Of a stretch of DNA of 64,000 bases, positions 24,662 through 36,991 are shown piece by piece (position 1 is the stretch's first letter; every line of letters begins with the position of its first letter). The stretch lies in the NCBI GenBank assembly GCA_026026165.1, contig JAPEUD010000041.1, forward strand, positions 1 through 64,000, in the 5' to 3' direction. A program made the translations under genes and the position numbers. The stretch is from Sarea resinae. Taxonomy: Eukaryota. The notes under the pieces are model-generated. The model was not told where the DNA came from, searched no databases, and saw nothing but the letters and a program-made list of their open reading frames with translations.

Positions 24662-26325
24662 ATGGCCAAAACGCGGTCGCCACCAACATGTACTCTGCGC
24701 CTGCTTTCCAACTCTGTACCCTTCGTCTACGGCGCCTCTATATCCATCTGTCCGCAGCGCATTCACCACCATCACTACCCCCAACGGAGGAGACACGCCT
24801 CGACCCTTGCCCGCCTCCACCACGAACTCACATCCCGCCGCCTCCCATTAGTATATGACTATCTCACGCCCCAAGCGTCTCACCTCCTGAACCTCACGCT
24901 TGCTGATTTTCTCCCGCAATTCCCGGCCAACAGTCACCCCACACCACCCACCTCTGCTACCCTGCCGCAGACCAGCCGTCCACGTCTCCTGCCTCCCTCT
25001 CACCACCTCATCTACTTCCCCCCTGCCGTACCCTCGTCTCTCCTCCTACCAGACGGCACCGACCCGCTCCAATCGCCCGGCCCGCCCTTCAACCGCCGCA
25101 TGTGGGCCGGTGGCTCCGTCCACTTCCACCCTTTGTCGCGCATCCAGTCGCAACTCCTCCTCGACGGTGCCCGCGCCGTCTGTGTAGAGGGCATCCGAGA
25201 TGTCCGTGTCAAAGGCATCGAGGGCAGCGAAGACGAGAAGGTCTTTGTGGATATCGAGCGCAGGGTGGGGAGGTGTCTATCCGACGCCGAGGACGAGGCC
25301 TCCATCAGGGCGAGACTGTGGCCTGAGACGGCAGAGCTTCTGGGACGGGAGGAAGCATCGGGAACGGGCGAGGAGGCGGCCGTAGTAGAACGCAGGGAAA
25401 TTGTCTTCATGCGTGACCGAAGCGTCGAGGCTGCAAGAGAAGCAGCCGGGAAAGCAGGTCGAGTCGTTCGAGGTAAATGAGCCAGCCATCCAGTCATCTA
25501 TACATCTATACATCCATCCATCCATCCATCCATCCATCCATTTGTCCATCCACCCATTGACCCACCCACCCTACATGCTTTTTCCCCTCCTTCAACCTCC
25601 ACAAATCTTCCTTCTATCAGTAGGAAACCCGCCTCAAAAGGCCAGAAAGAAGAAGAAGAAACAGAGAAACAGCTAACCCTCTCATGGCCGCACGAATAGC
25701 ACCGCACGCGCCGACATTCACCCACACGCTCGTCCCGACGGCGCAACTCCTGTTCCGATTCAGCGCGCTGACATTCAACGCGCACGCCATCCACCTGGAC
25801 CCATCATACTGCCGCGCCACCGAGGGCCACCGCAACACGCTCGTGCACGGCCCGCTGTCTCTCGTCCTGCTTGTGTCCTTTTTGCGCCACCATCTCTTCG
25901 TCATTGCTTCTTCTTCTTCTTCATCTTCTTCATCTTCCTCCTCCTCGACGTCTGCATCTCCCTCTCCCTCCCCCTCTCCCTCTCCGTCTTCTACAACACC
26001 CACGTCTCCGCCCCCCTCCCCCTCCCCACCACCCATCACGTCCATCACCTACAAAAACCTCGCCCCACTGTACAGCAGCGAACCGCTCCGGCTCTGCGGC
26101 CGCGCCATTGCGCCCACGCGCTACGAGCTCTGGATCGAGAACGCGCAGGGCGGGTTAGCGGTCAGGGGCACGGCGGACGTTATGCGTAGCGCCGCCACCG
26201 CCACCGCCGCCGCCGCCGAGGAGGAGGGGGGCAAGGCCGAGGACAGGGCGGAGGGGAAGGGGAAGGGGAAGGAGGATATGGATACGGATGTGGGAGACGA
26301 GGGCACGGAGGCGTTATTCTGGTGA
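24662..26325 (+). CDS. Mitochondrial hotdog-fold dehydratase/hydratase (Htd2-like; mesaconyl/itaconyl-CoA hydratase family)
   Basis: [19 protein letters not shown] and [30 protein letters not shown]; intron 25473-25699; Arg-rich N-terminus. Confidence 0.88.
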
Positions 26326-27123
26326 CTGGGGCTTTGGCTCTGCATGTCTGCGTTACGGGTAGGTCTCGCGAGGGCTGGGTTTATGGGTTCGTTAGATTGG
26401 ATCGGACTGGAGATCAGAAGAATAGAATTGAGCAGAACAGAGCAGAGGAGCATGGGTAGCACATACACCTTCACAGTCAAGTCGAAGCATAGAATTCAAT
26501 CAGTCAATCAGTCAGTCAGTCAATCAGTCACGCCGGGAAGTGAGACAGGGAACCAGGGGGCAAAGAGTTGTACTGATTATTCTATTCTCATGATCGGCGA
26601 ACGCGCTTCTCTAGGGACGAAGATGACGGTGAAGAAGACGAAAAGAAGAAGAGACAAGAGAAGAGAAGATATTACATTTCTCGTCCGTACAGTTGGTAAA
26701 GAGTACTCTTGCGAGCCATTATTCTTTTTAGAAACATAAAGAGAGAAGAAAAAAGAAGAACCATCTAGGCTAAACGGATTTGAATCAAGTGATTGAAAAA
26801 GGAGAAAAACCCCATCCTGTTTCGCCTTTTCTTCCTATCCATTTCCGAAACCTGACTAGGCGGCGCCATTGTAGACATGCTTTCATGCGAAAAATCGATC
26901 TAGAATAACGGCGAGCGGCGAAGGTGATATCCAGTTTTGCATGAATGAATTGTGAGTGATCCACGTCAGAGACAGCGTTGACGGCGAGAACACATGCAAG
27001 AACAGCACTAGGAACGGCGGGCGTCTCGGACGAAGAAAGGACAAGAAAGGCAGTCGTTGATATTACAAGTATCGAAGCTGCCGTGTGCTAGGAGAAAATC
27101 AAGTGCGGCGTCAAGCGACCAGA

Positions 27124-29147
27124 TCAGATGTATTTGAACCGCTTAGCAGCGATGAGACTGACAACCACAACCGCGGCAATGACGCCGATGATGCCGAAGA
27201 ACCATCCCAGATCATTCGTATTCTTGCCCGGAACAGGTACGTTCATGCCGAAGAGACCACAGATGAAATTCATGGGGACCAAGATGGTGGCGATGAGCGT
27301 GATCTTGCTGAGAACCTCGTTGGCGCGGTTGCCCTGCGCGATGCTGTCAACGCTCAGCTGGGCCAGGTAGTTGGAGTGAGAGCGTGAGAGCATCTTCTCG
27401 AAGTGACCCAGGTTGGACATCATGGTCACGACGTGATCTTGGATATCGCCCAGATAGAGACCAATCTCGCCACGGGGTGTGACCGAGTACTGCTCATTGC
27501 AGCGCTTGGCGAAGCCCTTGATGACATCGGCCTTGCCACCAAGGAGTCGCATGAGGCCCATGACCTTCTTCCGGCACTCGCCAATTTGACGGAGCAGAGT
27601 CTTGAAGTCTTCGGCCCGTGCCACAAAGACCTGGTCTTCGATAACGTCGGTCTCTTGCTCGATGTCATGAATGACTGGACCAAAACTGTCGACGATGTCG
27701 TCACTGCGAATGATTAGCTGCCGTGACCGTACGAGACAAAGCGGACAACTCACATCATGGCGTAACAGATCCAATCCGCACTCAGAGAAACATAGTCCCT
27801 CAATCTTCCGATTCTCTTCCTCACATTGACAGCATGTGGGCTCTGGCAGAACGTGAAGCTCAGAACGCCCTCCCTGAAGACAACGATGTAAACGTTGACA
27901 GGCTCCATGTACTCTTCGCTAGTCTTGTCCACCTGGAAGAAGGATCGGAAACAGACAAAGTAGTACTGTTTGAAGAGCTCCACCTTCTCTCGAGCTTCTT
28001 GAGTCTTGATGTCCTCCGCGGTAAGAGGATGGATCGAGAAGGCCTTGCAAATGGCAGTAATCTCTTCCTCTCTAGGGTTCAGCATGTCCATCCACCATAC
28101 ACCGCCCTCGGGACCAAGCTCGAACAAATCGCGAAACGATTCTCCAGGCATGATCAAGTCTCCTAGTTCGGCAGCATGGATGGTAGCGTCGAGTTCAGAT
28201 GAGAAGAAGCTGAAGCGATTGGTTTCAACGACGCTTGGCGCTTTGACGGAATCCACGCGACCCAAGGCTTCATCCTTCTCACCCGAAACAGACTTCTCAT
28301 CCAAGTCCTTCTCATCAAGATCGCCCTCACTGACCCCCTTGTGAGTATCATTCAAGCTGCTCTTCGGCCGAAGGTCATTGAAGATCTTAGGCATCGGGCT
28401 CTGTGAGCTCATGCTGTGCTTCCTCCGGTGGGTGGGGAGTTGCATCCTGGCCTGAGCGTACTCTGCAACAAATTCTTCGAGCTCTTCGAAATCGATGATC
28501 GACGTCTTTGAGGGTTCCACGGGTTGGGGAAAGCATACGTCGTCTTCTACTTCGCCTTCTGCCTTTGTCTCATCATGCGGACCCTCTGGTGGACGCTGTG
28601 ACCCTTCGTCGAAAGTAGGACGCCTCGCACGAGTGCCACCAGATACGGTTCGCTGGAGAGCCAAGTCTAGCTCGGAAGGGGCTTTGCTGTCCAATGTGTT
28701 CGCACGCTCACGGCGTCGAGGATCGGCGAATGCATCGACCGAATTGGGCGGGGAGCTCGATTGAGAGGATCCAGAGGAGCTCCTCGATCTGCTGACCTTG
28801 TCGGCGGGTTGTTGGCTCAATTGCAATGTTCCTCGGCGAACAAGCACCGGGCTGGCCGATCCCCGTCGTCCGTACATTCCCTCATATTCGTTGGGAGGTC
28901 CAATGAAACTGTGATCGTCATCGACGATGGCATTCTCGAAATCGATTGCAGCAGAGTTCGGAGGGCTTGCGACGGTGATTCGGGGAAGCCCAGAGCCGCC
29001 ATCTTCTGCGCTAGTCGGCCTAGCAGCAGTCGGGCTATGCGATGCATGCACGATTGGCAAAGAAGAAGGTTGGAACCGGTGGTCATCCAGGTCAGATACA
29101 GGCGTGCTGTACCTGGTCTGTGACCTCTCCGATCTTGGTGAGTCCAT
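27124..29147 (-). CDS. CorA-family Mg2+ transporter (Alr1/Mnr2-like)
   Basis: FSIHPLTAEDI, REKVELF, DWICYAM|DDIVDSF and GLFGMNV signature with two C-terminal transmembrane segments; one coding intron at about 27704-27753. Confidence 0.95.
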
Positions 29148-31139
29148 TTCGAGGAAGAAAAGCTTGCGTACTTTTGGCGTTGGAGCCTCTTGTCTAACGA
29201 ATTACTGGACATGGGTCAACATGACTCTCACGATATCGAGTGAGCTCCAAACATACATTGGTCCAGGACGAGTGCGCGGTGTGAAAAGTGAGATGAGCCG
29301 CTAACGAGCGCTCACCGCGTGAGAGTGTCCAACTTGATCTGAAGGGCTTTGCGTAGGGAATCGCGTCCCTACACTCGGCCGTGAATGGTTCCAGGGGAAT
29401 TCACCCTCCAGTCTCAACCCCTGAGAGCGGAAGTGGCGACAACGACTTTTTTGGTGATAGATATGATAAGCGATGGGGGCACCGAAGGCGAGTTATGGAG
29501 GCTTTGTTTCGCCTCCGGAGAAGACCCAGAACTTGGGGCCTAGAAGAGGACGGAGGAACGAGAACTTGTGGAGTACGATAGAAGCCAACTTGGTGGTATT
29601 GACGGTATCGAGGCGCCTAGGCGTCGCTATTTTGATCGTAGGGAGGGAGAGCGCCGGAGGTGATTGTGAAGAAGGTTCAGCTCCCAGTCGCTAGCGATGA
29701 GGCCTGAGTGTGAATGCAATCTTCACGATAGTTCAGATGGAAGAGTCTTGAGAATGATCTGGTTCAGTAGTGAAAGGGTCAAGGGAAGCACTTCAGGCGT
29801 GCAGGGAAATTGAGGAATTGAAGTAGGAAGAGAAGTGAACGATAGAAAGTAATGGGGTGTGGTGACGGGGCCAGATGAGAGAAGATTCTCAGGTTGGAAG
29901 GGCGACGGTAGTACTTTGTACGTACGCAGTATTCGTAGTGGTTTGGCGATAGTGAATTAATGCTTACCTTACATAGTAGAGGGACGACGGGAGGGGACAA
30001 CGTGAGCGCGGAAGAGTTTTCGCTTGGACGAAGGCGAGAGAATCGATTGTCGTGTCGACTTGGTCACTGACGGTCACTTCTGGCCGCTCTTGGCGGAACG
30101 AGCCGTAGCCAGGTGCTTTAGTACGCGCCTTGGGGACGCCGCCGTTCCAGACCGCCATGGAGACTGATGCGGAGAAGGATGGAAGGTTGACCAGGTACTT
30201 GGGTCTACTTGGGTCTACTTGGGTCTACTTTCGTCTACTTCCCAGGTTGGCCATCCGGGATAGCATGGAGGGATGGACAGAGAAAAAGGAAGTTCATGGC
30301 AGGGCGCCCTCGCAGATATGATGCAGCGCTTTGAACACCGCAGCTTCCGACGGAAACATACTCTGTAAGGTATCATGGCTGTACGCTGTACCGAGGGGGA
30401 TACGCAAGACAGTATTTCCAACAGTGAAGCCAACATTGGTGGATATCTTCCCGAGAAGCCCAATTGAACGCAGTACGGAGTATCCGGGTGTCCCTCGAGT
30501 AAATGGTACTATGTACAGGAGTCCTCCGTGGCATCTCAGCGAAAGTACGAGTACTCGCTCTGCTCTCCCCCCCCCCACCCCTACCCCACGTGTGATGCGC
30601 TATTTATGTGACATTCTCTTCCTTACCAGATTGCCAGATGCTGTTGACATTAATATTGGCAGGTTCGGGCATCATGATCAGGCAAATAATGCCATACTGT
30701 AGATACACAGCACGCCGTCGTACTCGTACTTGGCACATGCATCCATCGCCTATGCTGGCCCATCCATGACTATTGCATCAGGGAAGTCAGTGGTCAGGGG
30801 ATGTAGTATGTAGGAGCGGAAACCCTCTCAACCAGTCCATGGAGGTTTCTGATCCAGTACCCCGTCCATGATCCCCTGCAGAGGGGTGTTACGCGGGCAT
30901 GTACTATGTAGGAGTCTGCAGGCACAGGGTAGGGCTGTAGAGTACTCCGGAGATGGATCAATGATGGATGGAAGTCAAGCAACAGTAAGCGACATTGCCC
31001 GGTGCCAAAGTGACCTCGTTACGCGAAGAGCGTCTCTCTACAGCTACCCCAAATCTGGTAATTGAAGGGTGTCAATACAGCCTCACGTACTTTGACGCCC
31101 TGCAGCTCTCCACGCGCCTGATCCGCAGCGAAGACAACC

Positions 31140-31575
31140 ATGGCTGATCAGATCTTGGACAAATTGCGGGAAGCGTTCGAGGGACAAATCGTAAGACTGC
31201 GCTGATATGCAACCCATCCTGCACCCGTGCCATCCCTCCAAGATCCAGGACTGATGGATGCCATAGGACTTTGAAGGACAGCGTCTGGCAGATCTACTCG
31301 CAACATTCTTGCTGGCTGGTACCGGTGTATGTGCTTGACCACCCCTCGCCTGGCCGGAGACGGAACTGACGGTCGATTTGCAGCTGATTGCCTTTATTGT
31401 TGGCTACATACTACAAGATATTCGGCTGTCGCTCTATATGGGTCTTGCAGGCACCGCTCTGACCTGTCTCGCCGTCGTTCCTCCATGGCCATATTTCAAT
31501 AAGCATCCGGTTCACTGGTTACCGGCGGATAATGGGTTAACTGGGACCCGAATAATGGTAGATATGAAGACTTGA
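31140..31575 (+). CDS. spc1: Signal peptidase complex subunit Spc1/SPC12, 3 exons
   Basis: MADQILDKLREAFEGQI|DFEGQRLA..|..VVPPWPYFNKHPVHWL. Confidence 0.92.
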
Positions 31576-31976
31576 TGAGTTCAAATCCAAACGGGATATG
31601 GGGCTTTCAAACAGGACGGCGTTTTCTACAGTGACAAAATCTCGGAGTTTCTCATCAATGTCACCCAGTCATTGTGAAGCTATCATTGAGGGTATAGGCA
31701 TTGAGAATGGCATGATCATTATACGAAGACCGTGTTGATTGATCTACCTTACGATGCTGTCCAGAGAACATACGCCGCGTTCGAATCTATACGCCACAAG
31801 CACCCTCGAAATCATTATCGTCATAGGCAATCGCGATCACTCGAGGCCATCAGATCTAGCTTGCAATGGCGAAGTGCTGACGGCAATACTGAATCGCACC
31901 GGTATCCTGACCGATTCCACCGTCGACAGGTCCATTTCGACCATGTTGTCAATGTCTTCTCAGCAATATGTCGAAA

Positions 31977-32528
<552 letters not shown>

Positions 32529-32904
32529 GGTGATGACGGAGGTAGTGGCTTGGTAGTCAGGTGGTATGCGATGTGAGAAAAGGAGACCGTCGGTTCAAAA
32601 GATCCCCTTCCGCAATTCAAGTAGTGAGGTATGTACGGTAGTAATGTGAGACGGACCTTACAGCACCCAGGCGTCTGTTTAGATACCTCTTCGTGGATGA
32701 TACGACGCTCAAACGACCTTCAGGTTTATCATACATTGGCAGGAGGGAGCTTGCCGTCACAGGTATCTGTACAACGGAACTCGCCAATAGTAGGCCAACC
32801 ATCCAGTACCGATACCCGCTGCAATACGTCGTTCTACGTACCTTACCGCCCCGCCTTCTCATTAATCCTCCAGGTTGGGCTTCCAGTCGGTTCCGACTCA
32901 CCAC

Positions 32905-32972
32905 AACATCATCATCACCATCACCATCACCATCACCGTCACCGTCACCGTCACTGTCGCCATCATCACCCT
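32905..32972. repeat. (ATCACC/GTCACC)n hexamer microsatellite
   Basis: Seen directly, in the divergent region between rbx1 and ORF 33333. Confidence 0.8.
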
Positions 32973-33332
32973 CACTCTTCCGCATTCCTCTACATCGACC
33001 TCCTGTGGTTTTCGACGTACCTTGGAAGCCATGAACAACATCTTCTCACGTTCTTTCCACTTATACTCATCACGATTAATACCATATTCTGATATCTCCT
33101 CGACACTGTTACAATCCTGCGAACCACCTCTAGCCGCCGACCCATTGCCGCCACAGACACGACCACGATAACGCTGCTAAGAGTTCACCCTCGATCGATC
33201 TGCCACAAGACCAAGGCGCACGTCTACAACTCTCACAGACAGGTGTCTTAGACACGCGACTTCCAGTAATCTATTTGCTTTTACCGTTTCTGCAAAGGCT
33301 GCCTATTTATTAAGCCGAACGCGTCGACCGTC

Positions 33333-34943
33333 ATGTCGACATTCTCCACGCCACCCCCGAAAGGTCCGACGGGCAAACAAAGATCTTCGAGAGCCGTAGC
33401 TGCTTCTTTCACTCCAGACCGCACCTCCTCACCATCGACCCCGACAAACGCCTATCAACGTGATCAAAATGAAAGGATCAAGTACCCGTCGTATCAAGAC
33501 GCAAACTTTGGCAGGCCCTCAAGCGCGACATATCAGAAGCAGAGCCAAGGGCACGGCATCCCTGGTACTCCCATGGCTCGGCCCTATGTGGACGGTGCGG
33601 CTGCCAGTGATGGGCAGATTAATTCCAATAGAGACTCCGCTGCCAAGAAGAAGGCACGACACAAGAACAGATCCAAGGATGCAACGAATGTCTCCCAAGG
33701 ACCGAATTCGGACTCGACTCGAGCGCCAACTACACGATCGACATCGTCCAATCAGATACCAAATTCTGGATCTAGACGATCTATCACCACGCCTATGAAG
33801 GCTGCCGCTTACGCCGGTCCGACCTTTCATGCGTCACCTGCCCCATCGGCCTTACCCATGCCCAGCTTTTTTTCCAAGTCGGTACCTGAAGTGTCGTCGA
33901 AAAGCGCTCTACAAGCTCGACTAGAGGAGGAATCATCAGATAACAGCGAGAAATCTCCCGTGGAGCAGCCTTCGCAACTAGACAATGGTATCCGAGAGCT
34001 TGACGAATCTCCCTTAGACTTATTCTTCCGAGCAGACAGGCAAGAGAAAGCTAGGGCCAAGGATCGAAGTACCTCCAATACGCCGAACCGTGACTCAAAT
34101 TTATCTCCATTTGATGTGCAACGCCCTCACCACTCTCGGCACGCCACGAGCAACTCAGCCAACGAGCTGTTTCCGATCGAAATGGACGGCACAAGAACTC
34201 CAGCCCGACGGATCGACCCTCCGTTTGCTACCCCGTATAATGAGCGCATGGGTGCTTTGCGAACAACCTCCGCACCTCAAGGGGCAGTAACCCAAACGGA
34301 GAATGATGAAGTTCAACGGAGGGCTAAATCCGAGGCGCTTAAGAGGCTGTTGATGATGCAGCAACGCCCGTCTGATCAGCCGAACGGAGATGTGCCTCAT
34401 ATTCAAGCTCGTCCATCAGTCCCGAATGCAACCTCGCCATCAGGTCGTGACTATTCTCCTTCGCGCATTGTTTCAGGCCCCGAAACTCCTGTTCCCACAT
34501 CGAAGTTTCAGAATCATGTCACACCAAATCCGCGCAATGGTAGCTCTACTTTTTTCCAGCAATCACCTTCGACTGTCGCAAATGGGTCACCTAGGCCAAA
34601 TCCTCGCTCATCAAATTTGCGACAAGAGATTGCCTCCGCAAGGTCGTCTAATAGGGTTGAACTTCCCGGCTTCCCTTCGTCTCCTACTCCTAGGTCCAAC
34701 GTATCGAATCCCCTTACTGCGCCCCAAGAGAACAAGAATCGTTTCATGATCAATTCTTCTTCCCCACCACCACGCTTCGATCCTCAGAACAGTCATTCCA
34801 CCCCCGGCTTTTACGGCTCTCCGAGCTCAGTAGCGAAGCGTAATACTACAGACGTGAAAACAATGGAGGATAACTTACGTCGCATGTTGAAATTGGATGG
34901 GTTGGGCGCTCCGGGCTCTGGGAGCGGATCGGTTTTGTTTTGA
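33333..34943 (+). CDS. Disordered protein with a PNRC/Edc1-type decapping-activator motif
   Basis: 536-aa S/P-rich ORF with YAGPTFHASPAPSALPMPSF and C-terminal MEDNLRRMLKL. Confidence 0.85.
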   Translation: MSTFSTPPPKGPTGKQRSSRAVAASFTPDRTSSPSTPTNAYQRDQNERIKYPSYQDANFGRPSSATYQKQSQGHGIPGTPMARPYVDGAAASDGQINSNRDSAAKKKARHKNRSKDATNVSQGPNSDSTRAPTTRSTSSNQIPNSGSRRSITTPMKAAAYAGPTFHASPAPSALPMPSFFSKSVPEVSSKSALQARLEEESSDNSEKSPVEQPSQLDNGIRELDESPLDLFFRADRQEKARAKDRSTSNTPNRDSNLSPFDVQRPHHSRHATSNSANELFPIEMDGTRTPARRIDPPFATPYNERMGALRTTSAPQGAVTQTENDEVQRRAKSEALKRLLMMQQRPSDQPNGDVPHIQARPSVPNATSPSGRDYSPSRIVSGPETPVPTSKFQNHVTPNPRNGSSTFFQQSPSTVANGSPRPNPRSSNLRQEIASARSSNRVELPGFPSSPTPRSNVSNPLTAPQENKNRFMINSSSPPPRFDPQNSHSTPGFYGSPSSVAKRNTTDVKTMEDNLRRMLKLDGLGAPGSGSGSVLF

Positions 34944-36681
34944 TTCCCATGGAACGGGATCGGTTGATTGGGATAGTAATAAGGTCTTTCCTAGAGCGTA
35001 CTTCATTTGTATTCCGACGGTACTTCTCCTTGTTTGGCAAATTTCTCTTCGGCTTTGCGGTTTCGTCTTACAAACGCTCATTTCGTCATGAACGTGAGCT
35101 TTCATTTGGGTTCGTCCTCTTCTGTATTCATGATCGTATTGTGTTGTTGCCTACTCATCATTCTCTTCCGCGCTCATTTGTCCTGCTGCTTGATTAATTC
35201 GGGTGCCAAAGGGTCAATCTCAGGTCTCGCCCCAGTGTCATGCCAATAATCTTTCTTTTCCGCCTTGAGGTTGAGGCCATGTACCCTGATTGCGTCTGCG
35301 TCTACCATTGATTGAATCTTGGTCTAATTCTTCATATACGTGTTTCTCATACATTCAACAGTGCGTGTGCGAGCTTCTGCGCCTTTTTTGCTCTTGATAT
35401 AAGGTCTGGGAGGCCCAATGATTGACAGGGCTTTACTGTTCGTCTGCTCTGCTCTGGCGTTGCGGAATGGGGTCATCGATCTGGGTTCTCGAGTGCCGGC
35501 ATTTTTTCCTGCACGTCTACAAACCTTTTCTGCTTGGTCCAGGAAGAGCGGTAACGGACCGTCTGGCTCGGTGGATGTCTCCTATGGGTCACAAAGGGCT
35601 GATTAGGTCGACGGTGGAAGTCTATCATGGGAAGTTGGTCATGCGGGAGACTCTGAGGCGTTAATTGAGGTGTAGTTGCTGCATGGTGCGAGGTGCCTTT
35701 GTGTTCTGTGCCAGCAGGCATCTTCTATGTTGATGAGCCTGTGTGGCATTTGAAGCATGTGCGGCCTTCACACCTAGGTGGCACCTCAAAGTGCCTTTGT
35801 TGGGCCTGATACCCTGTGTGCTATCGCTTGCCTTGGGGCACTGATAGTCTCTATGCGCCCAGACGATGCGAATGCACAGCCAATATAGGTCGGCTTTTTT
35901 CACGACCAGCTGGAATAGGTGACGACGACATGTCATGTCATGTCATTTCGTGTCGTGTTGTGTTAGGCCGGGGGTCAGGAGCCACTAAAAGAAAAAACCC
36001 AAGAAAATCACAGATGGACATTCTCCTCCGCGGCAGGCTCTGTTATCTACCTAGGTTCCCGTATATCAGTAGGTAGTAAATTAGTTGAAATGTCAGCGCC
36101 CCGCGGGAGGGGGTTCATCCATCTGATATCTTGGGTCCTTCAAATGCTTATGACAATCACTCGGCAGAGGGGGCGGGGATCTTATCGGGTATATGTGCAT
36201 TGCTATCGTTCTTGTTCACCTGATCTGACAGCTGGATAACTAATGTAGGTATGATTGATCAAACGTTTATATGCATAGTGTTCTTCTTCTTCTTCTTTCT
36301 GCTTCTCTTTAGTACACGAGATCTCGACCCCTTCTCTATTGTGCCAGACGGAGTGTGACTGAGCTACGGTAGACACCTAGGTAGTCGAGATTGTAGGAGG
36401 GGGGGTGGGGCTGGGAGGGTGGCATCACCACCCGGATACCCGTGAAAGCAATATCCTTTCCCTCCTTTCCCCCCTCCATCCCTTTCTCCCTTTCCTCCCG
36501 ACCTTCCTTCTTTACCCCTTTTTTTCTTCCTTCCTTCCTTCCTTCCTTGACCCCTTTCTTTCCCCTTTCTCTCGTCCTTCTCCTCGAGTAAAGACTCTGC
36601 TGCTCCTTGGCCGGAACAGTATCGTGTATTTGTGACTTGTGTCACTTCTTTTCTTGAGCGGTACACTCACTAGCTGGTGAT

Positions 36682-36684
<3 letters not shown>

Positions 36685-36725
<41 letters not shown>
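36685..36725. repeat. (GA)n microsatellite
   Basis: About 20 GA units. Confidence 0.95.
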
Positions 36726-36726
<1 letters not shown>

Positions 36727-36991
36727 CTGGGTGGAGCTTCGACAAGCCATCCAGACCGCGAAGCCAGGCGAAGCAGGAGCAGAAGGCCGAAGCCGCGGAC
36801 CTTCCTAGGCTGGTGGGCGAAGAGGTCCTGTCGGATTGCCATCGCATTCGCTGACTCTTCCCCAGAGCGCGATTATGCAAACCTGGCTTGGCGCTCGATG
36901 TGCGTTGAGTGAAATGGCCTGGGTATGCTAGCACGAGTGCCCCTTTCGAGTAGGCGTCTGCTGTGAATCGGAGGCCCAGACGGCAGGCATG

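Noticed and set aside
25473..25699. Possible stwintron in the Htd2-like intron (G|GTAAAT..CAG|TAGGA would re-form GTAGGA)
   Set aside because: A single conventional intron already restores the frame. The two-step route shifts the frame, and the inner intron has no nearby branch site.
35372..35410. Loose resemblance to the U2 snRNA 5' end
   Set aside because: It lacks the GTGTAGTA branch-recognition sequence and downstream U2 features.
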